DNA of 42,776 nt from Candidatus Bathyarchaeia archaeon (GTDB lineage Archaea; Thermoproteota; Bathyarchaeia; Bathyarchaeales; Bathycorpusculaceae). The notes below the pieces were generated by a model. It did not search any database. It was not told the DNA's origin and saw nothing but the letters and a program-made list of their open reading frames with translations. The stretch covers positions 1 through 42,776 of the forward strand of contig JBBFKZ010000006.1 of NCBI GenBank assembly GCA_037481775.1. The letters are read 5' to 3'. Both the position numbers and the translations under genes were made by a program. This document shows, piece after piece, positions 8,690 to 17,600 of the stretch (the stretch's first letter is position 1; every line of letters begins with the position of its first letter).

Positions 8690-10464
8690 TTCACTCCTAG
8701 CTTGCCAACTTGGTTGATGTCGAAAAGAACTCCTTCGCTTTTCATGATGTCTATGATTCGTGTCGGTTGCTCAGTTAAGCCTGAGAGAAACTCTGTCAAG
8801 CCGAACAAGTCAACAGTGTTTTCGTCATCCTTGTTTTGTTCACACCACTCTCTTGCTTTAACAAGAATTTCCTGCAAAGCCTTCTCTCCTTGCCATCCCT
8901 CTTCAATGCCTAGCTTTCTTAAGACGCGGTCTGTGAAGATGTTGCAAAGCCGGGATTTTTTCTCTGAGTCACCTGGAACTGGTACTTCAAGCTTGGTTCT
9001 GTTTAAGGCGTCTGAGAAGCCGAACTCTAACATGAACTCTTTAAATTTAGCTGGAGAAACTCCTTGCCCATACTCCTTTTTCAAAACTTCATTGTACTTG
9101 TCGTAGATTTCCTTATTGCTGATTTTTACAAGTCCATCTTCAGTTATGTAATCCCTGTTGTCCTTTTTCTCGATCCATAAATCTGTTAAAACTTGTCTTA
9201 AAACGCCAATCAAGCCAATTTCTGTTCTTTCACCTTCCTCTAGCAGCTTCTGTTGGAAGGTTTTAACAATGTCATCGTTGCATTGAATTTTTAAGAGGTT
9301 TGATAGGGCAAAGCATAGAAACATTAGCTCCGTGTTTCTGCCGCTGACTTGACTAACTTGATTAACTTGACCTTCTAATAAGAGAGTTTTCTTTTTCTCA
9401 AACAATAATTGCCTCAGTTTTTCGGCTTGAACGTCTATACTGCTGTAGCTGATTTTTAGGTCAAGTGTGTCAAGTATGTCAAGTTGAGAACCATTTATGG
9501 CGTGGAAATCATTTCCTTTAAATGTTAAAGCATTGTCCAAATACCAGAGGAAATTCTCTGTGTAAACGTATTCTGCGAAGCTTGCCTTATCCATGTTTAC
9601 AATTGGATATTGCGGGTTGCTCGTCTCCCTCACATGGATTGGAACAGTTCTCGTCTGCAAGGCTTCTTCGATTTCAGAATGCACTGTAAAAAGCTTGGGT
9701 CCAAAAACTACGTAGCTTTCAGTTTCAAGCGTGTCAGGATTAACCCTGCTATATTTTAAGCCTCGTCTGTATCCTTGTCTGAAAATGCAGTTTAGGTCGG
9801 AATCCTTTGTGCCTGCAACCGCGTCAAGCTCATCAACCATCAACGTTATTTTATGTTCCTGAACAGCCCTAGCTACGAAGGGCGGGCTTAGATTGCCAGT
9901 CAAATAGCCGTGTCTGCAGATCAAAATAATGGCTTCACCAGTGACTGTTTTGCCTCCGCCAAACTCGCCTTTCACACCAAGATAAAATACAACGGGCAAG
10001 AGATCAACAAGCCATGTTTGCTGAATAAAAAGTTGGGTGACGCTGAACTCGAAGGATCTTGGAAAATCAAGAAATGTTCTCAGGTAAATTCCGTTGAGTT
10101 TCCAAAGCTGTTCTGTAGATAAGCTTTGTTTTTCGCCTTTAACCCATTTCTCAACTGATTCGTAAGCTGGAAAACTAAAAAGGAATTCTCGAGGCGGCTT
10201 ATCTTTGAAATAGTATTGTTCGCCTTCAACCTCTATAAGCCAGTGGGGCTTTCTTTTTTCTTCTTCATCTTCGAACTCGATCTTTAGCGATGTGAATCCC
10301 CTTTTGCCTTCCATTGTCTTGTAAACATATTTGCCTACAGCCACTGGTTCATAGACAAACTTTTCAGTTAATCCGCCTGCAGGATGTAGAACATGAGGCG
10401 CCTCTCTCAATTTTTTAGCTCTTTCCTCAGCCTCAAGTTTTTCAAGCTCCTCGCCTATGCCCAC
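8686..10464 (-). CDS. P-loop ATPase, probable replicative helicase of the element
   Basis: Walker A GEFGGGKT, Walker B LMVDELD, FRQGYRRG; directly downstream of a primase. Confidence 0.72.
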   Translation of the reverse strand: MGIGEELEKLEAEERAKKLREAPHVLHPAGGLTEKFVYEPVAVGKYVYKTMEGKRGFTSLKIEFEDEEEKRKPHWLIEVEGEQYYFKDKPPREFLFSFPAYESVEKWVKGEKQSLSTEQLWKLNGIYLRTFLDFPRSFEFSVTQLFIQQTWLVDLLPVVFYLGVKGEFGGGKTVTGEAIILICRHGYLTGNLSPPFVARAVQEHKITLMVDELDAVAGTKDSDLNCIFRQGYRRGLKYSRVNPDTLETESYVVFGPKLFTVHSEIEEALQTRTVPIHVRETSNPQYPIVNMDKASFAEYVYTENFLWYLDNALTFKGNDFHAINGSQLDILDTLDLKISYSSIDVQAEKLRQLLFEKKKTLLLEGQVNQVSQVSGRNTELMFLCFALSNLLKIQCNDDIVKTFQQKLLEEGERTEIGLIGVLRQVLTDLWIEKKDNRDYITEDGLVKISNKEIYDKYNEVLKKEYGQGVSPAKFKEFMLEFGFSDALNRTKLEVPVPGDSEKKSRLCNIFTDRVLRKLGIEEGWQGEKALQEILVKAREWCEQNKDDENTVDLFGLTEFLSGLTEQPTRIIDIMKSEGVLFDINQVGKLGVK

Positions 10465-11468
10465 TCCAAAGCCTCCCTCACGATTTCCCGCAAACCAGAA
10501 ACAGCCATCAGCCCACTGCCTAGGCTTCGCCTGTTCTGGTAATGATAGTCCACAAGCCTAAGCCTTGCAGCTTTCTCCTCATCTCTTGTTAAGTCGCAAA
10601 CGCGCGCTATTATCCTCATTGCAGATTCGTGGCTTACACCGCGTTTGATGCAGTAGCCCAAAAATGCCAATTCAAGCTGGTTCCGTTGACCTTTCCTCCA
10701 GTATTTAATTAAAAACTTGACAGCCTTCTCCTCTCCCCCACTTTTCAGAGGTTTATTGCCCCGGGGCAAATCAAAAGCTGCCTGAACATGCCTTTTATCC
10801 TCGAAACTCAAGATTTTCGCCAAGTCTGCTTCTGAAAGGCTTAAACCCCACTTTTCAAGCAAAACATTGCTGGATAACGGTTGGAAAGTTTCAAAGTCTA
10901 GTGCTTGGCTCCATTTAAGTTCGACTTGGTGAAATCCAAAAGGCAGCTTAACAAGGTTGCCGTACGGTTGCTCCTTTGTTATTTCACTCTGCTTAGGAAA
11001 AACCTCAACTTGCTTGGGGCTTAAGCTTGCGAGTTCGAGAATGCGTAACCCAAGCCAACGCGCTACTTTAGCGGGCACAGGGACAGCGAATAATATCCAG
11101 ATGTGGTAGCTTGGGTCTGGGAAGCGGCTTGCCTCAAGCAGAACGCTGTGCGGCCAAACCCTAGGTCTTTCAACCTCGTCCTCTTCTTTGCTTTTTTCAA
11201 AGCACACCTGCAATAGTCTTTGGGCTGAAGTTTTAGGATCTTCTAGCTTTTCTGGGTCTAAATCAAAACAAAGCCACTTAACCATGCTCTCATGGTTGAG
11301 CTGGTAAACGCCAACAGTTTCAACGCCTTCTAAATGTTGCTGAACAACCTTGCTTGTCAGAGGCTGCTCGACTTTAACGTACCCTCCTTCAGGTAACTGA
11401 ACTGCATATGCGTCTTGGCGGCTGACAAATTTGGCTAACATAGCTTCGGCAAGTCGCTGATCAATCAT
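10455..11468 (-). CDS. Archaeo-eukaryotic primase (AEP superfamily) with PriCT-like C-terminus
   Basis: WLCFDLD (DxD), SYHIW, EVFPKQ, YGNLVKLPFG motifs; helical GQRNQ C-domain. Confidence 0.8.
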   Translation of the reverse strand: MIDQRLAEAMLAKFVSRQDAYAVQLPEGGYVKVEQPLTSKVVQQHLEGVETVGVYQLNHESMVKWLCFDLDPEKLEDPKTSAQRLLQVCFEKSKEEDEVERPRVWPHSVLLEASRFPDPSYHIWILFAVPVPAKVARWLGLRILELASLSPKQVEVFPKQSEITKEQPYGNLVKLPFGFHQVELKWSQALDFETFQPLSSNVLLEKWGLSLSEADLAKILSFEDKRHVQAAFDLPRGNKPLKSGGEEKAVKFLIKYWRKGQRNQLELAFLGYCIKRGVSHESAMRIIARVCDLTRDEEKAARLRLVDYHYQNRRSLGSGLMAVSGLREIVREALEWA

Positions 11469-11473
11469 GGTTT

Positions 11474-11785
11474 TTAGCCTCTGCTTTTCCTCAGTTTGCG
11501 TCCCAAAACAGCGTTATTCCTGAAGCACCATACAAAATAGTTGCCCACGGTCATTTTGCCGCCGTGCGCTTGCACATCTCCTAGCAAAGCTTTGAAGTCT
11601 GGGCTGTTTACATCTTCAGAACGCTCATATTCGCCGCTTGCACCCTGCGCCTTCTCCCACTTTATAGCCTCAATATTGTAGACTTGCTTAGCTTCTTTGA
11701 CACGTTGCTTGGCAGCTGCTATTCCTGCTTCTACGGCGTTTATGAACTCGAGTAGCGCTTCAAGCGTTAAGTCATTACTAGCCAT
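11474..11785 (-). CDS. Hypothetical protein of the replication operon
   Basis: Tightly spaced between the RHH gene and the primase; ATG 11785 preceded by GGAGCTGA. Confidence 0.7.
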   Translation of the reverse strand: MASNDLTLEALLEFINAVEAGIAAAKQRVKEAKQVYNIEAIKWEKAQGASGEYERSEDVNSPDFKALLGDVQAHGGKMTVGNYFVWCFRNNAVLGRKLRKSRG

Positions 11786-11792
11786 TTTCTCA

Positions 11793-11978
11793 TCAGCTCC
11801 TATTTTGCTGCTGATCATGCACGTTTGCGGACATTACGTTCAACTCTTGCAAAGTTTTCAAAATGCAGTATTGAATGAAGCGGCTACGGTTCATGCCAAG
11901 TTTAGCGCGCGTTGCTTCAATCATCTGGTTTAAGCCGTTGGGCAAGTATATCGCGGTTGGTTTGCCTTTTTCCTCCAT
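11793..11978 (-). CDS. Ribbon-helix-helix (CopG-like) regulator
   Basis: PTAIYLP strand followed by two helices (LGMNRSRFIQYCI); SD GAGGTG. Confidence 0.75.
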   Translation of the reverse strand: MEEKGKPTAIYLPNGLNQMIEATRAKLGMNRSRFIQYCILKTLQELNVMSANVHDQQQNRS

Positions 11979-12073
11979 TTATGTCACACCTCTTTATATG
12001 TCACTCAGAGTAACATAGGACAAACCTTTTATATAGGTTTTTTGTCACGATAAGTCAAAAACCGTGACATATC
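11979..12073. promoter_or_regulatory. Divergent promoter region with repeated TGTCAC/GTGACA operator boxes
   Basis: TGTCAC three times plus GTAACAT and GTGACAT in 95 bp around TTTATATA. Confidence 0.6.
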
Positions 12074-12784
12074 ATGAACCAAGAAAAACTGGAAAAAACA
12101 ATAGAGGACCAACTCATACAAAGGATACTAACGGTCTTGACAGAAATTAACGAGGCAACACCATACCAAATAGAAAAAAGAACAGAAATGCCTCACGCCA
12201 CAGTTCATAAGAAGATTGATCAAGCTTTGAAGGCAAATCTTATACGCGTCAGAAAAGAGGGCAAATTTCGCACTGGGCTACAGACTAGGAGTTATGAGTT
12301 AACACCTTACGGGTTAATAGTTTACCTAAACAACTACTTCAACGAATGTTTCATTAACAAAAAGAAGCCAGAAATCACAAAGAAAATTTCAGAAAAAATA
12401 AATGAGCTACTGTTCAAGAAGTGGAAAGCCTTCTTGCGTTACGTGCCTGAGGGCTATGCCTTGGCTCTGTTAAGCCGCATCGTTGACGTGCTTTGCTTGC
12501 GTGCATACAAAAACACAGAACAATTGTTCTTGGAAGAATTCATAGCTTGGTTAGGCGTGCCGACAATTCGAGAACCATTGATTTGGGAAGAGGGACATTT
12601 CCCAACTGATGAAGTAATCGCCTTTTTAGATAACGAACCGGAGCTGAAAGAAATGTTTGCAAGGCAAATTAACGAAGAAATTGAAGGATTAACAACAACA
12701 TTAGCTCATTGGCAGGGCATAAGAGAAAAGATTCATAAACCTGCAAGGAAGGCTGCAAAAAAGCCAGCTAAACAGGCAACCTAA
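12074..12784 (+). CDS. Winged-helix DNA-binding protein, likely element repressor
   Basis: TPYQIEKRTEMPHATVHKKI HTH followed by wing YELTPYG; divergent from the replication operon. Confidence 0.75.
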   Translation: MNQEKLEKTIEDQLIQRILTVLTEINEATPYQIEKRTEMPHATVHKKIDQALKANLIRVRKEGKFRTGLQTRSYELTPYGLIVYLNNYFNECFINKKKPEITKKISEKINELLFKKWKAFLRYVPEGYALALLSRIVDVLCLRAYKNTEQLFLEEFIAWLGVPTIREPLIWEEGHFPTDEVIAFLDNEPELKEMFARQINEEIEGLTTTLAHWQGIREKIHKPARKAAKKPAKQAT

Positions 12785-12951
12785 AAAATATGCAAAGGGG
12801 CCAAGCTGTTTTTTATTAGGATACTTTCCTAACTTATTAAAAATCTGCAGACGATAAAGTGCAAATACAGCTTTCATAATGTACCTATTAGGGATTAAGG
12901 GTAGCCATATGCAGAGTCTAGTTTTTTATTATTTTTCTTATGGGCGCCTTT

Positions 12952-13242
12952 ATGCCTAGGCCTAGGAAATATGCGGATGTGGTTGTCAAATCCTTCAGCG
13001 TCGAACGTGAAGTGTATATGCGGTTGAAGGCTATCTTGGACGATCAAGGGAAGTCAGTGAGCGAGGAAGTCAACGAGCTTCTAAGGAGGCGCCTAGCAGA
13101 GCTTGAAGGCCTACAAGCCTATCCCAATCCTAATGAAGGCAAGGCTATGATCCGTCTAGACGTAGAAGGACTTCTCTTCCTCAAAAAGGACGAAATAAGC
13201 TTGCTAACACACCAATCAAGACAGTCTTCGTTGGGAAACTAA
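12952..13242 (+). CDS. RHH-domain protein
   Basis: MPRPRKY...KSFSVEREVYMRLK...GKSVSEEVNELL pattern; C-terminus may be degraded. Confidence 0.6.
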   Translation: MPRPRKYADVVVKSFSVEREVYMRLKAILDDQGKSVSEEVNELLRRRLAELEGLQAYPNPNEGKAMIRLDVEGLLFLKKDEISLLTHQSRQSSLGN

Positions 13243-13534
13243 CGCAGACAAAGAAGCCAACGAGGTCAAATCCCCATAACAACAAGTATGATGAAAACAG
13301 CCCAACTCACCATTTCCAGCCCAAGCTTTTTCCGACAAGAACATGGAGTTTCCTGTTAGAAAAATAGAAAACTCAAACACCCCCTCCCCTCCACAATAGT
13401 AATAATAATATACTATTATAGGGGAAGAAAGCCTCAACAATATTTATACTCTCATTGCATTTTCACTCGCGCAATTTCAGCAGTTTTTCCTGTTAGAAAA
13501 CTCCTCCACCCGCCCAAAAATCCATGAAAGGGCT

Positions 13535-13562
13535 TGTTCTGTTAATTCACGTTAACAGACAA
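13535..13562. repeat. dif-like site A
   Basis: TGTTCTGTTAA-TTCACG-TTAACAGACAA. Confidence 0.6.
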
Positions 13563-13683
13563 CGCAGGAAAATTAAGTATTAGAAAATTTTTAAAAACTT
13601 CAAACCGCGCCTTATATAGGAGCCTTTCTGTGTCAACTCTGTCAAGGGCTTTTCGCATTAAATTGAAGTCAAGATTTCATCTG

Positions 13684-13711
13684 TTTTCAATTAAACATTA
13701 CTAACAGAAGC
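13684..13711. repeat. dif-like site B
   Basis: TTTTCAATTAA-ACATTA-CTAACAGAAGC. Confidence 0.5.
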
Positions 13712-13974
13712 TTGCATGCTGGTTATAAAGCTATATATCCGATTTTGTTCAAAGGCAGTTTGCAGGATGGAATTAGCAAGGGTGGACAGCGGTGGATTAT
13801 TTGAACCTTTTCTTCCAGAAGTCACAAAAGGCAATCCTCAATTACAGCCTACTAAATAGTTCACACATCTTATTTTAACAATATTGACATGTACCTTAAT
13901 CGGACAGAATCCAAGAAAGAAATAAAAGCATTTTAAACAATGTCTTTATTCAAATTGTCAATGAGGGCCTCAAT

Positions 13975-15054
13975 GTGAAGGTTCTTGTTCGCAAGCAAAA
14001 AGAGAAAGGGTGGATTAGCTTGCCTTCTGAAGGTTATTCGGGGGAAGCCCATTTACAGGAGATTCTTTTTAGAGATCCAGATATAGTTCCTGTAGAAGAT
14101 ATATCGTCGGATACAGAGCTTTCTCCAATTAAGTTGATGCTTAAAGAAGTTGGTCTTCCAGGCTCTGGAGCGACAGACCTTGTAGGTATTGACAAAAATG
14201 GCAACATATACGTCATAGAAACCAAGCTTGCTCGCAACCCTGAAGTTAGAAGGCAAGTTATAGGGCAAATTTTGGAGTATGCTGCCTTTCTACACGAGAA
14301 GGGCCTAGACTGGCTCGATGACGTCGTGAAAAAGCAAAAAAAGGTCAGCATTTCCGAATACTTTGATGAGCTAAATGATCCTGACTGGGACAAGGAATCT
14401 TTTGAACAGAACTTGCGAGATAACCTAAACTCAGGAACTTTCAAACTTTTCATAGCGGTTGATGAAATGAACCCTGACTTGCAGCGAATCATCAACTATA
14501 TGGAGAACGTTCTCAGCATGGAGATCTACGCCTTAGAGCTTAGATACTTCAAAGACAAGGATGGAATGGAGATTTTGGTACCAAATGTTCACGGCGGAAA
14601 AAAGAAACCACCTAAGCCGCTCCCAACATGGGATTGGGATCGATTCGTAGAAGATGCAAAGAAAAAGGTTGATGCTGCTACGCTAGCAACATTGCAAAAG
14701 TTATATGAGTTTTCTCTGCAACTTGGCAAAGTGGATTTTGGTAAGGGCAGAACTTATGGAACGTTTAGAGTTTGGCTACCCTACAAAAATGATGAGATAA
14801 ACTTGTATGTAATAACATCTACCGGTAAAGGAAACTGGTTCGGGTTCAAGTCAATGGTGGGGAAACAAGTTGACAAAGGGCTAATCTCAGAATATGTAAA
14901 ACAATTGAAGTCTTTGGGCTTTAAACTTGACGAAAAGAAACACGTAGAAGCCTATCCCACATTTGAAACAGCCATATTAAATCAAGAAGAAAAGTTCTCG
15001 GAATTTAAGAGGTATACCAACGAACTTAAAGAAAAATTACTAAGCCGAAGTTAA
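13975..15054 (+). CDS. PD-(D/E)XK endonuclease (NucS/EndoMS-like N-domain), candidate defence protein
   Basis: EAHLQE...TDLVGIDKNGNIYVIETKL...VIGQILEYAA. Confidence 0.78.
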   Translation: MKVLVRKQKEKGWISLPSEGYSGEAHLQEILFRDPDIVPVEDISSDTELSPIKLMLKEVGLPGSGATDLVGIDKNGNIYVIETKLARNPEVRRQVIGQILEYAAFLHEKGLDWLDDVVKKQKKVSISEYFDELNDPDWDKESFEQNLRDNLNSGTFKLFIAVDEMNPDLQRIINYMENVLSMEIYALELRYFKDKDGMEILVPNVHGGKKKPPKPLPTWDWDRFVEDAKKKVDAATLATLQKLYEFSLQLGKVDFGKGRTYGTFRVWLPYKNDEINLYVITSTGKGNWFGFKSMVGKQVDKGLISEYVKQLKSLGFKLDEKKHVEAYPTFETAILNQEEKFSEFKRYTNELKEKLLSRS

Positions 15055-15480
15055 TATGCGCATCTGCCCTTACAAAAAGTTCCTTACGGCACCTTAAAAT
15101 AAAAAGCAGAAGGAGCTGAAAACTGCCCTGGCCATGACTCAACCACAACTCCACCATTCACAAAGCTTCTGGAAAAGGAGCCTATGTTCATGAGGGGGCC
15201 TTTCTGAACGGTTCAAACTGGGCTTTTCCCGTAAAAAACACGACGTAAATAACCATGAGGGTTCCTGTTTGCAAGGAGCAAAAAAGGGGCCCCGTAGGGA
15301 CTCGAGGAGAAACTCCCACTAGAGGGAATTGAAGGTTTTTCCAGTTCAACATACCATTCGGTGCAGGCGACGCGTATAAGAAGCATGTTGAGCAAGCGGA
15401 CTCCAGCCAGCTTGTACACTTAATCAAGGTCTGCGGTTTCCTGATGCAGACAAGAGGTTACCTTTCTGGAAAAACACCTA

Positions 15481-15508
15481 ACTTCAGTTGAACATTATTA
15501 AAAGAGCA
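15481..15508. repeat. dif-like site C (degenerate)
   Basis: ACTTCAGTTGA-ACATTA-TTAAAAGAGCA; same 6-bp spacer as site B. Confidence 0.45.
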
Positions 15509-15569
15509 AAAGCATAGATTCGCTATACTTACTGAATATAGCAAAATTAATTATTGGCTGAATGTATCT

Positions 15570-16079
15570 TTGGAATTGATTGATATGAGTCAGGAAAAGC
15601 GGCTGGAAATTCTGTTACGACAATACAGCGAATGCTTTTCGGATCGAAGAACACAGGTTACCATGGTCTGGCAAATTCCTTCCATTACATTGGCTATAGA
15701 TACTTTCTTAGGTGTTCTCTATTTGGGATATGGAAAAGAGATTACGGCGGCAAGGTTACTTGCATTAGCAGCATCTGTCTTTTTCACTTTCGTTGCACTT
15801 GTGGCTCTAATTAAGCATAGATTTTTTGAAATAGCAAGAACCAGAGATATCATTTGGCTACAAAACGAGCTAAAGAAAATTGAGAGCAATATTAGAGAGA
15901 TAAAATTCAGTAGCGAAGATATTATATGTGATAAGGTAGGCTACCCCGATGTTCCTCGGCATTTCATCTCTCGAAGAAGCGCTTATAATTGGTTGAGAAA
16001 CATGATGGTTGCTATGCTGATAATATTGGTTTCACTCCTATTGCGAGAACTTATCCTCGTCATATACACGTTACATTGA
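15570..16079 (+). CDS. Small membrane protein with about 3 TM helices
   Basis: Two adjacent hydrophobic helices plus a C-terminal one; ATG 15585 is an alternative start. Confidence 0.7.
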   Translation: MELIDMSQEKRLEILLRQYSECFSDRRTQVTMVWQIPSITLAIDTFLGVLYLGYGKEITAARLLALAASVFFTFVALVALIKHRFFEIARTRDIIWLQNELKKIESNIREIKFSSEDIICDKVGYPDVPRHFISRRSAYNWLRNMMVAMLIILVSLLLRELILVIYTLH

Positions 16080-16115
16080 CAGAAGTGACAATTTTTACTT
16101 TGAGAGTTCACCAGA

Positions 16116-16143
16116 TGTTCTTTTAGTGTCTCTTAACAGAACA
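16116..16143. repeat. dif-like site D
   Basis: TGTTCTTTTAG-TGTCTC-TTAACAGAACA. Confidence 0.6.
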
Positions 16144-16229
16144 CTGAAGAAGCACCAATATGCAGTTTGTCGATCTCCATATGTCTGTGGATTTCTCGTG
16201 ATGGGATAAAATCCAAAAAGCTTGAGGGT

Positions 16230-16646
16230 TTATTTATGTTTTTTAGCCAGTTGCCAGAAATATCTAAGCTCTATTACGTCTATTTCTTTTGGGCATTCCT
16301 GCCAATCATGCTTCCAGCAAACAATTATTGTGTCTTTGTAATCTACTGGGGTTACATGCCCTTTTTTAATGTGTTCTACAAAGCCCTTGCTAAACACTTC
16401 AAACTCAACAAACTTAGGCTCATCTTTCCATATAACCCCGCAATCCAATCCTTGTCGCAGTCCAAAGTGTATGCCGGTAAAGTTGAAGAACTTATAAAGT
16501 CTTCCAAAGGCAAAGACTATAGCGTTTTCATACATATATTCTTCAGCTTCCGTTTCCCATAGGGGCGCCTCTTCCTCCCAGCTTTTGATGTCTTTTAGCA
16601 TACTGTCTAAATCTTTCACATACTTTCCAATAATTCTCTCTTCCAT
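16230..16646 (-). CDS. Small PD-(D/E)XK-like nuclease domain protein
   Basis: GLDC...VEFEVFSKGFVEH...IIVCWKHDW pattern. Confidence 0.62.
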   Translation of the reverse strand: MEERIIGKYVKDLDSMLKDIKSWEEEAPLWETEAEEYMYENAIVFAFGRLYKFFNFTGIHFGLRQGLDCGVIWKDEPKFVEFEVFSKGFVEHIKKGHVTPVDYKDTIIVCWKHDWQECPKEIDVIELRYFWQLAKKHK

Positions 16647-16827
16647 AACAGCACCAGCTCACCTTATCTTCAGTAACTTGATTTAAAATTTTCCGCATTT
16701 TTTAAAAATGTAAGCATGAGCGTAGATTTTTGCGTAATGGGATAAAAGAATTTTCGCACAGTTTAGGTTTTAACGGCTATTAGAATTACTAATTAGAATT
16801 ATTAAGTTAGTTGGGCTCCTAACTCAT

Positions 16828-17097
16828 ATGAGTCACATAACCGACATATGGGAACCCGTTCTTGGGAAAGATGGGAAAGTGAAGTTTAAACCTAAAGATA
16901 GGATTCGTGGACGTAAAGTAATATGTGCATGGTGCTCACGCAAATACCTATACTTGAAAACCAGTGATGGGGTAAACGTAAAAGTGAGGATTCGTGAATA
17001 TGAAGGGACTTGCCCTAAGTGCGGTAATATTAATGGTTCAGTAGAAAAATACAATGTTGACAAAAGCAGAGAAGATCCCTATCTTTTTTATAGCTGA
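16828..17097 (+). CDS. Small Zn-ribbon protein
   Basis: CAWC ... CPKC pair. Confidence 0.6.
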   Translation: MSHITDIWEPVLGKDGKVKFKPKDRIRGRKVICAWCSRKYLYLKTSDGVNVKVRIREYEGTCPKCGNINGSVEKYNVDKSREDPYLFYS

Positions 17098-17258
17098 CCT
17101 AAAGTGTTCAAAATGTAACACAACCTACAATGTGAAAGTCAACATCCATGCGCGCGCATTATGCTCTCTTTCTGCTTTTTCGCCAATTTTCGTTAAAATT
17201 TAAGCTTTAATAGCTATTGCTACTCCGCCGCATTTTGGGCAATAATAAGCTCCCTCAC

Positions 17259-17426
17259 TCATGTTCGCAGCCACGCTCCTATTGCAAACATCCTTGCCCT
17301 CCGCATCCTTTCACACTCAAGGTGCACATATTTGTTCTCTTGCAGCGGTATTTTTCTATACGGCTGGTTTTCGTATATTGGGCCTTTACATATCTCGCAT
17401 GTTCCAATTATTTTTGGCTCAGACAT
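17259..17426 (-). CDS. Small Zn-finger protein, 55 aa
   Basis: CEIC ... HLEC; SD GGAGG before ATG 17426. Confidence 0.6.
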   Translation of the reverse strand: MSEPKIIGTCEICKGPIYENQPYRKIPLQENKYVHLECERMRRARMFAIGAWLRT

Positions 17427-17542
17427 TTTTCTTACCTCCTTTACTTTTGACATTAGTAAATATAACTTTTTAACTTTTTTAACTTTTTTACTCTATCGTA
17501 AAATTTAGGTATCAATATGCGCGCGCGCAAAGGATAACGACA

Positions 17543-17570
17543 TGTTCCGTTAGTCGCTGTTAACAGAACA
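17543..17570. repeat. dif-like site E
   Basis: TGTTCCGTTAG-TCGCTG-TTAACAGAACA; the palindrome extends to CATG on both sides. Confidence 0.65.
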
Positions 17571-17600
17571 TGTTTGAGTTAATGCGAAGTGTGGATGCGC

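Noticed and set aside
15055-15480. ORFs 15188..15427 and 15213..15419 and plus-strand coding-like fragments
   Set aside because: No motifs or SD, several stops; perhaps a decayed gene but I cannot assign it.
16772-16810. TTAG-AATTA-CTAA / TTAGAATTA repeat as a seventh dif-like site
   Set aside because: Spacer is 5 bp and outer arms do not match; likely promoter-region repeats.
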